A stretch of DNA of 64,000 nt from an uncultured Mycoplasmatota bacterium. GTDB lineage: Bacteria > Bacillota_I > Bacilli_A > RF39 > UBA660. The position numbers and the translations under genes are program-made. Every line of letters starts with the position of its first letter. Position 1 is the first letter of the stretch. Shown here piece after piece: positions 26,013-34,708 of the stretch. The notes under the pieces are model-generated. The model saw nothing but the letters and a program-made list of their open reading frames with translations. It had not been told where the DNA came from and ran no database searches. The stretch lies in contig UQXO01000007.1 of the NCBI GenBank assembly GCA_900545005.1, forward strand, positions 11,126 to 75,125. Direction: 5' to 3'.

Positions 26013-27536
26013 ATGAATAGTAATATTAAAAAGAATAGGCTAATCTTAGCGATAATAACAATTACTTTAGTGGGGTTAATTGGGGTTGGTATGTCTTATG
26101 CGTATTGGCGGTTTACCGCTATTCAGGATAAGACTAACGTAGGAGCTAGTAAATGTTTTTCTATTGAGCTTGCTAATCAAGCTAATGAAATTAATTTAAC
26201 AAATGCTTATCCTATTACGGATGCCGAAGGTCGTAAGCTTACTCCTTATACTTTTACTTTAAAGAATACTTGCAGTATGGCTGCTAAGTATAATTTAAAT
26301 ATGGAGATGCTTAGTGGTACGACTTTAAATAGTAATTATTTAGCAGTATTAGTAAATAATAAAGATATTAGATTATTAAGTAGTTATGATGCTGCTACAA
26401 CCGTAATAGATGGTAGTACGGAATCTAGAACGCTTGATACAGATACTTTGGCTGGTAATAGTAGTAAAGACTATAGTATTTCTCTTTGGATTGATGAAGA
26501 TGTAACTTTAGAAGATGATATTCTAAATAAAGTATTTAAATCTAAAATAGTAGTAGATGCAGTTGCAACGGAAACTGCTATGGAAAAGATTATAGCCTCT
26601 GTTGATACCACTGGAAAATGTCCAACTATCAATAGTGATGGTACCGTAAATGTTACTGAGAAAGAGGATACTAATGGTTATTTATGTAAGGCCAAAGATG
26701 CTTATGGTGATTCGTATTACTATCGTGGTAATGTAACAAATAACTATGTGAAGTTTGCTGATAAATATTGGCGAATTGTTCGTATTAATGGTGATGGTAC
26801 GGTCCGCGTTATTTATGATGGAACGAGTGCTCATGCGAATGGTGAGTCAAGTAGTGATCGTCAAATAGGTACGAGTGCCTTTAATAGTAGTTCTAATGAC
26901 AACGCCTATGTTGGCTATATGTATGGAGCGACTGGTGCTTCAACATATGCCGCTGCTCATGCCAATACGAATGATTCCACAATTAAGGCTTACATAGATA
27001 ATTGGTATAAAACTAATATTTTAGGAACTGCCAATGAACAATATTTAGCTGATAATGTTTTTTGTAATGATCGTTCAATGAGTAATGATAATAAAGGAAC
27101 TGGTGCTGGCATGAGTGAGACAAATTATCGTTGGTATTGGGATCCATGGAAAAGTGGTAATCATAATGATAATATGAAATTAGTATGCCCACAGCAAAAT
27201 GATGCCTTTACAGTAAGTGATACTACTAATGGCAATGGAGCTTTAACGTATCCCATCGGCCTTTTAAGTACGGATGAAATCGTACTAGCCGGTGGATGGT
27301 CGTCTACTGTCAATAGTGGTTACTACCTATCCTCAGGGCAATATTGGTGGGCTTCCTCGCCGTACCTCTTCTTTAGTGACGCTTTCGTGCGTGGCGTGGA
27401 TTCGGGTGGCGGTGCATACGGCAGCGACGGCGTTGACGACTCTGTCGGCGGGGTTCGGCCAGTTTTCAATCTGAAGGCTGAAGTGCTGGCGCAAGGCACA
27501 GGGACAGCATCTGACCCATATCGCATTTCTTCGTAG
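26013..27536 (+). CDS. secreted/anchored paralog of 7317..9293, with a compositionally foreign 3' end
   Basis: MSYAYW signal end. The N-module and C-terminal domain (YYYRGNVTNNYVKFADKYWRIVRINGDG, ALTYPIGL, VRPVFNLK, DPY) align with 7317..9293. GC rises from about 26700 and peaks near 60% at 27360..27480. Confidence 0.75.
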   Translation: MNSNIKKNRLILAIITITLVGLIGVGMSYAYWRFTAIQDKTNVGASKCFSIELANQANEINLTNAYPITDAEGRKLTPYTFTLKNTCSMAAKYNLNMEMLSGTTLNSNYLAVLVNNKDIRLLSSYDAATTVIDGSTESRTLDTDTLAGNSSKDYSISLWIDEDVTLEDDILNKVFKSKIVVDAVATETAMEKIIASVDTTGKCPTINSDGTVNVTEKEDTNGYLCKAKDAYGDSYYYRGNVTNNYVKFADKYWRIVRINGDGTVRVIYDGTSAHANGESSSDRQIGTSAFNSSSNDNAYVGYMYGATGASTYAAAHANTNDSTIKAYIDNWYKTNILGTANEQYLADNVFCNDRSMSNDNKGTGAGMSETNYRWYWDPWKSGNHNDNMKLVCPQQNDAFTVSDTTNGNGALTYPIGLLSTDEIVLAGGWSSTVNSGYYLSSGQYWWASSPYLFFSDAFVRGVDSGGGAYGSDGVDDSVGGVRPVFNLKAEVLAQGTGTASDPYRISS

Positions 27537-27707
27537 AAGAAATTAAAGTAATTGAAGTGGATGTTTTGTCCAAAGTGGTAGAGGGTGTGCTAATGAATGG
27601 TACGTGATAAACCCTCAAAATTCAAGTAACCCGGGAGCGAAAGAAAAGTACGTGTGCAAGCCCCAAGGATGGGAAGCTAAGGGATCCAAAACGAACAATA
27701 ATGCGAG

Positions 27708-27744
27708 GGGTTTTGCTTAAACTATAAAAGCTTAAGCAAAACCC
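27708..27744 (+). terminator. 13-bp hairpin GGGTTTTGCTTAA/TTAAGCAAAACCC (terminator or attenuator upstream of nifJ)
   Basis: Perfect 13-bp stem with an 11-nt loop and a weak U-tract (GATTTAAATT). Sits 30 nt upstream of the nifJ start and 170 nt downstream of the previous stop. Confidence 0.5.
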
Positions 27745-27773
27745 GATTTAAATTATAGAAATGAGGTAAGAAA

Positions 27774-30700
27774 ATGAGAAAAATAGTAGATGGTAATACT
27801 GCTTGTAGTAATATTGCTAATTTATTTACAGAAATAGCATCTATTTATCCTATTACACCATCTAGTCCGATGGCTAGTAATATCGATAATTTAAAATTAA
27901 GAAAGAAGAATTTATTTAACGAATCAGTTGAAGTAGTCGAAATGCAAAGTGAAGCAGGGGCTTCCGGCGCTATGCATGGAGCTTTAATAAGTGGTTCTCT
28001 AGCAACGACTTTTACGGCATCACAAGGACTTCTATTAATGATTCCTAATATGTATAAAATTGCCGGTGAAGGCTTACCCGGCGTAATTCATGTTGCGGCT
28101 CGTACAGTGGCAACTCATGCCTTATCAATCTTTGGCGATCACAGTGATATTTATGCCACTCGTGGAACTGGTTTTGCAATACTCGCATCAACTAATGTCT
28201 TTGATGCTCAAAACTTAGCAGCCGTTGCTCATCTATCAACTATCGAAGGAAGTGTACCTTTCTTACATTTCTTTGATGGTTTTAGAACTAGTCATGAACT
28301 AAATAGTATTGAAGAATTACCAGATGAAGAATTATTAAAACTAATTGATTTTGATAAAGTAAATGCTTTTAAAAAACACGCTCTAAATGTTGGTTGCGGC
28401 TACCAAAGAGGTATGGCCGAAAACGAAGATATTTACTTCCAAAGTGTTGAAGCTCGTAATAATGATTACTTAAAGATTCCAGATATCGTAAATAACTATA
28501 TGGAAAAAATAAATGATATCATGCATACTGATTATCAACCATTTAACTATTATGGTTCCAAGACGGCAAAATATATCATAGTGGCGATGGGAAGTGTTTG
28601 TGATACAGTAAAACTTACGCTTGATGAATTAAATAAAGAAAATAATGTTTATGGTCTAATTGAAGTTCATCTATATCGTCCATTCAGTAAAGATTATTTA
28701 ACTAAAGTTTTACCAAGTACCGTTGAAAAAATTGCTGTTTTAGATCGAACTAAAGAATCAGGTAGCATTGGGGAACCATTATATCTAGATGTTGTAGCTG
28801 CTTTACATGATAAAAATATCCAAATCGTTGGCGGCCGTTACGGCTTATCTAGTAAAAATACCACTCCAAGTGATATCGCTGGTGTTTATAAAATGCTAGC
28901 AACAGAGTTAAAAAATAACTTTACAATTGGTATTAATGATGATGTAACTAATTTAAGCTTAGCTAAAGTACCTATGGATATTCAAGTAGCTGACAAAGAA
29001 ATTATAATCTATGGCTATGGTTCTGATGGTATGGTTTCAACTTCTAAAGACATTATGCATTATCTAGGCGAAGAAAAAGATTTACACGTTCAAGGTTATT
29101 TCCAATATGATAGTAAAAAATCGGGTGGGGTAACTGTATCAAACTTAAGAATGTCAAGTAAACCAATAAATGCTCCATATTACGTATCCCATCCATCATT
29201 ACTAGTTATTACCAAAGATGCTTATTTAAAAGACTTCGATATGTTTAGTAACTTAAAAGAAAATGGAATTTGCTTAATCAATACTAATAAAAAATCTCAT
29301 GAATTAAACGAGATTCTACCTAATAAAGCTAAAGAACTTATTAAAGATAAAAATATCAAAGTATTACTAATAGATGCTGATAAAATTGCGTTAGAAAATG
29401 GTATTAAAGGTAAGATTAGTAAGATAATGGAAATAGTTATCTTAAAACTAATGGGATTTAATGATGCCGAAGACTATATTAAAGATTCTATTCGTAAGAA
29501 ATTTGGCACTAAAGGTGATGATATCGTTAATGCTAATATTAATTCTCTAAGTAGTGCTGTTAAGAGTGTAATCCTTGTAAAAGGCGAATTTAAAGATAAA
29601 GAAGAAGTTAAGACTCCTGATGATATCTTTACTCTTATTAATAAAAGAGAAGGAGATAACTTAAAAGTCTCTGATTTAATGCCTTATAAGAATGGTATAT
29701 TTCCGACTGGCTTAGCTGCTAATGAAAAACGTAAAATAACTAATATGGTTCCTAAATGGAAGCCTGAAAACTGTATTCAATGTGGAATGTGTGCTACCGT
29801 TTGTCCTCATGCTGTAATTAGACCAATTATTACTGAGGCTAAAGATACTGAAAAAGGTCTTAAAGTCTTAGGACATACTGAGTATAATTATGAAATTGTC
29901 GTTAGTGAAGCTGATTGCACTAGTTGTGGTCTATGTATTAATGCTTGTCTTGGTAAGGCTGGTAAAAAAGCCTTAGAATTTGGTGAAGCTACTTACGAGA
30001 CCCAAGAGTATGCCGATAAAATGTTTAAAGAATATCAAAATCCAGAACTATATGATCGATTTACTTTAAAAGGCGCTTCTCTAAGAAAACCATGTTTTGA
30101 ATTTAGTGGCGCTTGTGCCGGTTGTGGAGAAACCCCTTACTTAAAGATGTTAAGTCAGTTATTTGGCGAAAAATTAGTTATTGCCAATGCCACTGGTTGT
30201 TCCTCAATCTATGGTGGTTCAGCCCCATCAACTCCATACTTAATTCCTTGGGCTAACTCTTTATTTGAAGATAATGCAGAATTTGGCTATGGTATGTATT
30301 TAACTTATAAAAATACGAAAAAGCGAATTCACGATATTATTACAAAGTCCATAGATTGTGTTAATCCAGAAGTAAAAGAACTTTTAAATAAATGGTTAGA
30401 ACAAGAAAATGACTATGATGCTACTAAGAAAATCGTAACTAAATTAGAGACTATGGAGATTCCTAAAGATTTAAAAGATATCCTAGAATATATGGTTGCC
30501 CGTAGTGTCTTTATCGTCGGTGGTGATGGTTGGGCTTATGATATCGGCTTTGGAGGAATAGACCATGTCTTATCTAGTGGCGAAAATGTTAATATTATCG
30601 TACTTGATACCGAGGTATATTCTAATACTGGTGGTCAAGCATCAAAATCAAGTCGTGTTGGGGCTGTGGCTGAATTTGCTAATATGGGTAAAAAGACAGC

Positions 30701-31142
30701 GAAAAAAGACTTATTTAGAATTGCTATGTCTTATCCAAACTGTTATATAGGAAGTATTTCCTTTGGAGCTAATTTCATGCAGACTATTAAAACGATGAAA
30801 GAAGCGGAAGCTCACAATGGACCAAGTTTAATCATTTGTTATTGTCCATGTATTGAACAAGGTCTTCATGGTGGTATGTCTAACTCTATAAGTGAAGAAA
30901 AACTAGCAGTTGAATGTGGTTATGTCAATTTGATGCGTTATGTACCTGAAGATAAAAAATTATATATAGATTCTAAAGAACCAGATTTTACTAAATATGA
31001 AGATTTCTTAAAGAATGAAGTAAGATATAGTAGTTTAATGAAGAAAGATAACGAGTTAGCTAAAGAGTTATTAGATATTCAAGTAAATAATGCTAAAGAA
31101 AGATATAATTTCTATAAAGATATTCAAAGTAAGAATAATTAA
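27774..31142 (+). CDS. nifJ: pyruvate:ferredoxin (flavodoxin) oxidoreductase
   Basis: 1122 aa. Two 4Fe-4S motifs (CIQCGMCATVCP, CTSCGLCINAC) and the TPP-binding GGDGWAYDIGFGG. Confidence 0.95.
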   Translation: MRKIVDGNTACSNIANLFTEIASIYPITPSSPMASNIDNLKLRKKNLFNESVEVVEMQSEAGASGAMHGALISGSLATTFTASQGLLLMIPNMYKIAGEGLPGVIHVAARTVATHALSIFGDHSDIYATRGTGFAILASTNVFDAQNLAAVAHLSTIEGSVPFLHFFDGFRTSHELNSIEELPDEELLKLIDFDKVNAFKKHALNVGCGYQRGMAENEDIYFQSVEARNNDYLKIPDIVNNYMEKINDIMHTDYQPFNYYGSKTAKYIIVAMGSVCDTVKLTLDELNKENNVYGLIEVHLYRPFSKDYLTKVLPSTVEKIAVLDRTKESGSIGEPLYLDVVAALHDKNIQIVGGRYGLSSKNTTPSDIAGVYKMLATELKNNFTIGINDDVTNLSLAKVPMDIQVADKEIIIYGYGSDGMVSTSKDIMHYLGEEKDLHVQGYFQYDSKKSGGVTVSNLRMSSKPINAPYYVSHPSLLVITKDAYLKDFDMFSNLKENGICLINTNKKSHELNEILPNKAKELIKDKNIKVLLIDADKIALENGIKGKISKIMEIVILKLMGFNDAEDYIKDSIRKKFGTKGDDIVNANINSLSSAVKSVILVKGEFKDKEEVKTPDDIFTLINKREGDNLKVSDLMPYKNGIFPTGLAANEKRKITNMVPKWKPENCIQCGMCATVCPHAVIRPIITEAKDTEKGLKVLGHTEYNYEIVVSEADCTSCGLCINACLGKAGKKALEFGEATYETQEYADKMFKEYQNPELYDRFTLKGASLRKPCFEFSGACAGCGETPYLKMLSQLFGEKLVIANATGCSSIYGGSAPSTPYLIPWANSLFEDNAEFGYGMYLTYKNTKKRIHDIITKSIDCVNPEVKELLNKWLEQENDYDATKKIVTKLETMEIPKDLKDILEYMVARSVFIVGGDGWAYDIGFGGIDHVLSSGENVNIIVLDTEVYSNTGGQASKSSRVGAVAEFANMGKKTAKKDLFRIAMSYPNCYIGSISFGANFMQTIKTMKEAEAHNGPSLIICYCPCIEQGLHGGMSNSISEEKLAVECGYVNLMRYVPEDKKLYIDSKEPDFTKYEDFLKNEVRYSSLMKKDNELAKELLDIQVNNAKERYNFYKDIQSKNN

Positions 31143-31269
31143 GTTTAAGATGTAGACTTATGGTCTATGTCTTTTTCTTTCTATTCATATTTTTCTATAG
31201 AAAGAATAAAACTGTGATATAATCTACTTATTAAAAGTTAATTTGAAATTACAGAAAGAAGAGGTATTT

Positions 31270-32214
31270 ATGCAAAATTTTGATAATTTAAAATTAAGTG
31301 GTCTTAGATATGGTGGTCATGCAGGCAATAAATTAGGAGTAATTATTAATAACGAGAATTGGTTTTTAAAATTTCCCCAATCAACTAGAAATCTTACAAG
31401 GAAAGTTGAAATTTCTTACACTACTTCTCCCATATCTGAGTATATAGGCTCCCACATATACGAAATTATCGGTATTCCTGTCCACAAGACTAAACTAGGT
31501 ATAAAAGATAAAAAATTAGTAGTAGCCTGTAAGGACTTTAGAAAAGATCCCTTTCTTTATACATTTGATGACTTTAATTCTATAAAAAACGACTATGTTG
31601 AAGGTCTCGATGAAAAGTTGGAATCTACATCATCAAGCTCTAATCACGCTGTTAGTTTAGAAGAAGTTATGATAATTATGGATAATAACCCTTTATTTCA
31701 AAAGCATCCCGAACTAAAAAAACGTTTCTGGGATATGTTTGTAGTTGATGCATTTATTGGCAATAATGATAGAAATAATGGAAACTGGGGGGTACTAGTT
31801 AATAATCAGACAGGAGAGACTACATTAGCACCTGTTTTTGATAATGGTTCTTCATTTAATACTAAATCAAGTGATGAACAAATACAAATAATTTTAAATA
31901 ATGAAGAGCGTTTTGCCTCTAGTGCTTATACTAGCAGAGTCTGCATTTTTGAAGAAAATGCCAAACCTCTAAATCCTTTTAAGTATTTAGAGTCTCTAAA
32001 AAATAGAGAATGTAATGAAGCTTTGCTTAGAATTGTACCAAAAATAGACATTGAAAAGATTAGTAAAATGATTGCGGAAATTCCCGAAAGTTATGAGGGA
32101 ATAGAAGTTATAAGTCCTGTTAGAAAAGAGTTTTACATTAAGTGTTTAAAATATCGTTATAATAAGTCTTTGTATCCTGCTTACTTAGAAGCTCTAAAAC
32201 TAAAAGAAAATTAA
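31270..32214 (+). CDS. HipA-like / CtkA-like Ser/Thr kinase family protein
   Basis: FWDMFVVDAFIGNNDRNNGNWGVL....LAPVFDNGSSF matches the HipA C-terminal catalytic loop (D.HxxN) and the DxG-like motif. AGAAGAGG RBS before ATG 31270. Confidence 0.65.
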   Translation: MQNFDNLKLSGLRYGGHAGNKLGVIINNENWFLKFPQSTRNLTRKVEISYTTSPISEYIGSHIYEIIGIPVHKTKLGIKDKKLVVACKDFRKDPFLYTFDDFNSIKNDYVEGLDEKLESTSSSSNHAVSLEEVMIIMDNNPLFQKHPELKKRFWDMFVVDAFIGNNDRNNGNWGVLVNNQTGETTLAPVFDNGSSFNTKSSDEQIQIILNNEERFASSAYTSRVCIFEENAKPLNPFKYLESLKNRECNEALLRIVPKIDIEKISKMIAEIPESYEGIEVISPVRKEFYIKCLKYRYNKSLYPAYLEALKLKEN

Positions 32215-32434
32215 TTAATGCAAGATTTAAATGTATGATGGCTTGGTTGATGGTCTTGAGTCTTTTCTAAAATCAGCTCTGATATCTGGACAAATAAATA
32301 ATGAGCAGTTTAATTTGCTTTTAAAGAAATATCGAGGTGGAAAATGAAAAATAAAGTCAAAATACATCCAATAATCTTGAATAAAAATTTACTGAATTTA
32401 TTTGAATGTTTTAAAAGAAAAAGAGAGGTAATTT

Positions 32435-33232
32435 ATGCATAATTATTTAGAAATAATAGCTTACTGGCAACAACAAAATATAGATAGCATTTCCAAGTTA
32501 GAACAAGCTTTAGACAATTTTAATATCTTGTTTGCTTATAATTCAGGAGTAATTGAAAATCCAAGTATTACTTATCATGATACTAGAGAAATTTTTGAAA
32601 ATGGAAAAATCAATAACTATACAGGAAACTTAAGAACTCTTTACGAAATAGCTAATCAAAAAGACTGTGCTTCTTATTTATTACCAAAGATTATTAAGAA
32701 AGAACCATTAACGGAAGAATTATTAAAAAAAATCCATAAATTATTAACCAAAGGAACATATGATGAAACAAGATATAATATTAATGGTGAGAGACCAGGA
32801 GAGTATAAAAAGCACGATTATGTTACTGGTCGAAATGAAGTAGGAGCCGATGTTTTAAGTGTTGCTAGAGAAATTAAAGATTTACTTGAGGAAGTAGCAA
32901 GTATAAAAACTAATGATGCAGAAACTATCATCAAAATAGCAGCTTATACGCATAATGTTTTAGAATCTATTCACGCATTTGCTGATGGTAATGGGCGCTT
33001 AGGACGTACTATCGCAAATTATATTTTATTAACTAATAATCTGCCACCGATAATTATCTATGATGAAGATAAAAAATATTATTATGCTTGTTTAGAAAAG
33101 TTTGATGAAGAAGAAGATTTATCAGCAATGATTGAATTCTTTAAATACGAAATGGAGAAGACTTGGCGTAAAACTCTAGACTTAAAAGAGGGAAAAAGTA
33201 AAAAGACTTTCAAAATAAGTGATTGTAATTAA
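32435..33232 (+). CDS. Fic-family protein (AMPylase-type) with intramolecular inhibitory motif
   Basis: Canonical Fic motif HAFADGNGRLGR (HxFx[DE]GNGRxxR), plus the N-terminal SGVIEN matching the inhibitory (S/T)xxxE(G/N) motif. Confidence 0.85.
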   Translation: MHNYLEIIAYWQQQNIDSISKLEQALDNFNILFAYNSGVIENPSITYHDTREIFENGKINNYTGNLRTLYEIANQKDCASYLLPKIIKKEPLTEELLKKIHKLLTKGTYDETRYNINGERPGEYKKHDYVTGRNEVGADVLSVAREIKDLLEEVASIKTNDAETIIKIAAYTHNVLESIHAFADGNGRLGRTIANYILLTNNLPPIIIYDEDKKYYYACLEKFDEEEDLSAMIEFFKYEMEKTWRKTLDLKEGKSKKTFKISDCN

Positions 33233-33270
33233 CTAGGAGTATGTTATCATATAGATGTAAAGGAGATTTT

Positions 33271-34623
33271 ATGATTAAAATAAAAACAGATTCGAGAAAA
33301 ATTGAGCCGGGAGATACATTTGTCGCTATTAAAGGCTTAACGGTTGATGGTCATGATTTTATTGAAAAGGCTATTTCCCTAGGAGCTAGTAAGATTGTTT
33401 GTGAACATGGTTCTTATAGTGTTGAGACTCTTGTAGTTCCCGATACTAAAGAGTGGCTTCAGAAGTATTTAGTTACTAATTATAAAGAAGAAGTTAATAA
33501 GATTAAGATTATTGGTATGACAGGTACTAATGGGAAGACTACTACTTGTTTCCTTACTTATCAGATGTTACTTAAACTAGGAAAAAAGGCAGCTTATATG
33601 GGGACTATTGGCTTTTATATGCCGGGAGTTAAAAGAGTCCTAAATAATACGACTCCCGAGATTTTAGATGTTTATAGTCTTATTATTGAGGCAATCGAGG
33701 CTGGTTGTGAATACTTTGTAATGGAAGTATCTAGTCATTCTTTAGTAGAAAAAAGAATTGAAGGATTAGAGTTTACGGTAGAAGCTTTTTCTAATCTTAC
33801 AGAAGATCACTTAGATTTTCATAAGACCATGGAAAACTATTTAAAAGCTAAATTACTTATTTTAGACCAGTTAAAGGGGACAATTATTGTAAATAGTGAT
33901 GATCCTTATGGAAAGTATTTTGAGACTAAGAATTATAAAACTCTAGGATATACAGGTAAAGATTATCAGATAATTTTCTATGAAGAGACTGATAAAGGGA
34001 CTTTAATTAAATTTAAAGCTTTAGATAAAGAGTATACGGTAGAGACTAATTTAAAGTGTAAGTACAATGTCTATAACTATTTAACGGCCTTAGGACTTCT
34101 TAATACTCTAGGAATTAGTATTTCTGATATCATTAATATTACTAAAGATATATATGCTCCTAAAGGACGTTGTGAACAGATTAAAGTAAGAGAGGCTTAT
34201 GCCGTTATTGATTATGCCCATACTCCTGATGCTGTTGAAAAGATTATTACTTCCTTTTTAGAAAATAAAAAAGGGAAAATCTATACTATTGTAGGATGTG
34301 GTGGTGATAGAGATCCTCTTAAAAGACCAATTATGGGCAAAATTGCCACAGATTTAAGTGATTATGTTATTTTTACTAGTGATAATCCTAGAACTGAAGA
34401 TCCTAAGAAGATTTTAGAAGATATTATAAAAGGGGTTTCTAAAGATAATTATGTTGTTGAACCAGACCGGAAAGAAGCTATTAGAAAAGGGCTTAATCTG
34501 TTAAAGAAGAATGATGTTTTACTTATCTTAGGTAAGGGTCATGAAGATTATCAAATTATTGGGCATACTAAGTATCATTTAGATGATTTAGAAGAAGTTA
34601 AGAAGTATTTAGAAACAAACTAA
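33271..34623 (+). CDS. murE: UDP-N-acetylmuramoyl-L-alanyl-D-glutamate--2,6-diaminopimelate ligase
   Basis: GMTGTNGKTT P-loop and Mur ligase domains. The SDNPRTEDP (DNPR) motif indicates the meso-DAP-adding type. AAAGGAG RBS before ATG 33271. Confidence 0.9.
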   Translation: MIKIKTDSRKIEPGDTFVAIKGLTVDGHDFIEKAISLGASKIVCEHGSYSVETLVVPDTKEWLQKYLVTNYKEEVNKIKIIGMTGTNGKTTTCFLTYQMLLKLGKKAAYMGTIGFYMPGVKRVLNNTTPEILDVYSLIIEAIEAGCEYFVMEVSSHSLVEKRIEGLEFTVEAFSNLTEDHLDFHKTMENYLKAKLLILDQLKGTIIVNSDDPYGKYFETKNYKTLGYTGKDYQIIFYEETDKGTLIKFKALDKEYTVETNLKCKYNVYNYLTALGLLNTLGISISDIINITKDIYAPKGRCEQIKVREAYAVIDYAHTPDAVEKIITSFLENKKGKIYTIVGCGGDRDPLKRPIMGKIATDLSDYVIFTSDNPRTEDPKKILEDIIKGVSKDNYVVEPDRKEAIRKGLNLLKKNDVLLILGKGHEDYQIIGHTKYHLDDLEEVKKYLETN

Positions 34624-34708
34624 GTACTTTTTTCTTTTAAAAATTTTCTTGACAAATAGAAACCAAAAAGAGACAATAGATGAATAAATTTTAAGGAAGG
34701 GGTATTTT

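Noticed and set aside
27292-27526. Two overlapping ORFs (27292..27474 + and 27323..27526 -) at the 3' end of ORF 26013.
   Set aside because: They are artefacts of the local GC-rich, stop-codon-poor patch. The frame of ORF 26013 is the one conserved with paralog 7317.
27575-27650. Loose resemblance of GAGGGTGTGC...GTGATAAACCCTC...CCCGGGAGCG to a TPP riboswitch, upstream of the TPP-dependent PFOR.
   Set aside because: The hallmark CTGAGA and the pyrophosphate-sensor helix sequence are not present. The similarity is too weak to call without a covariance-model search.
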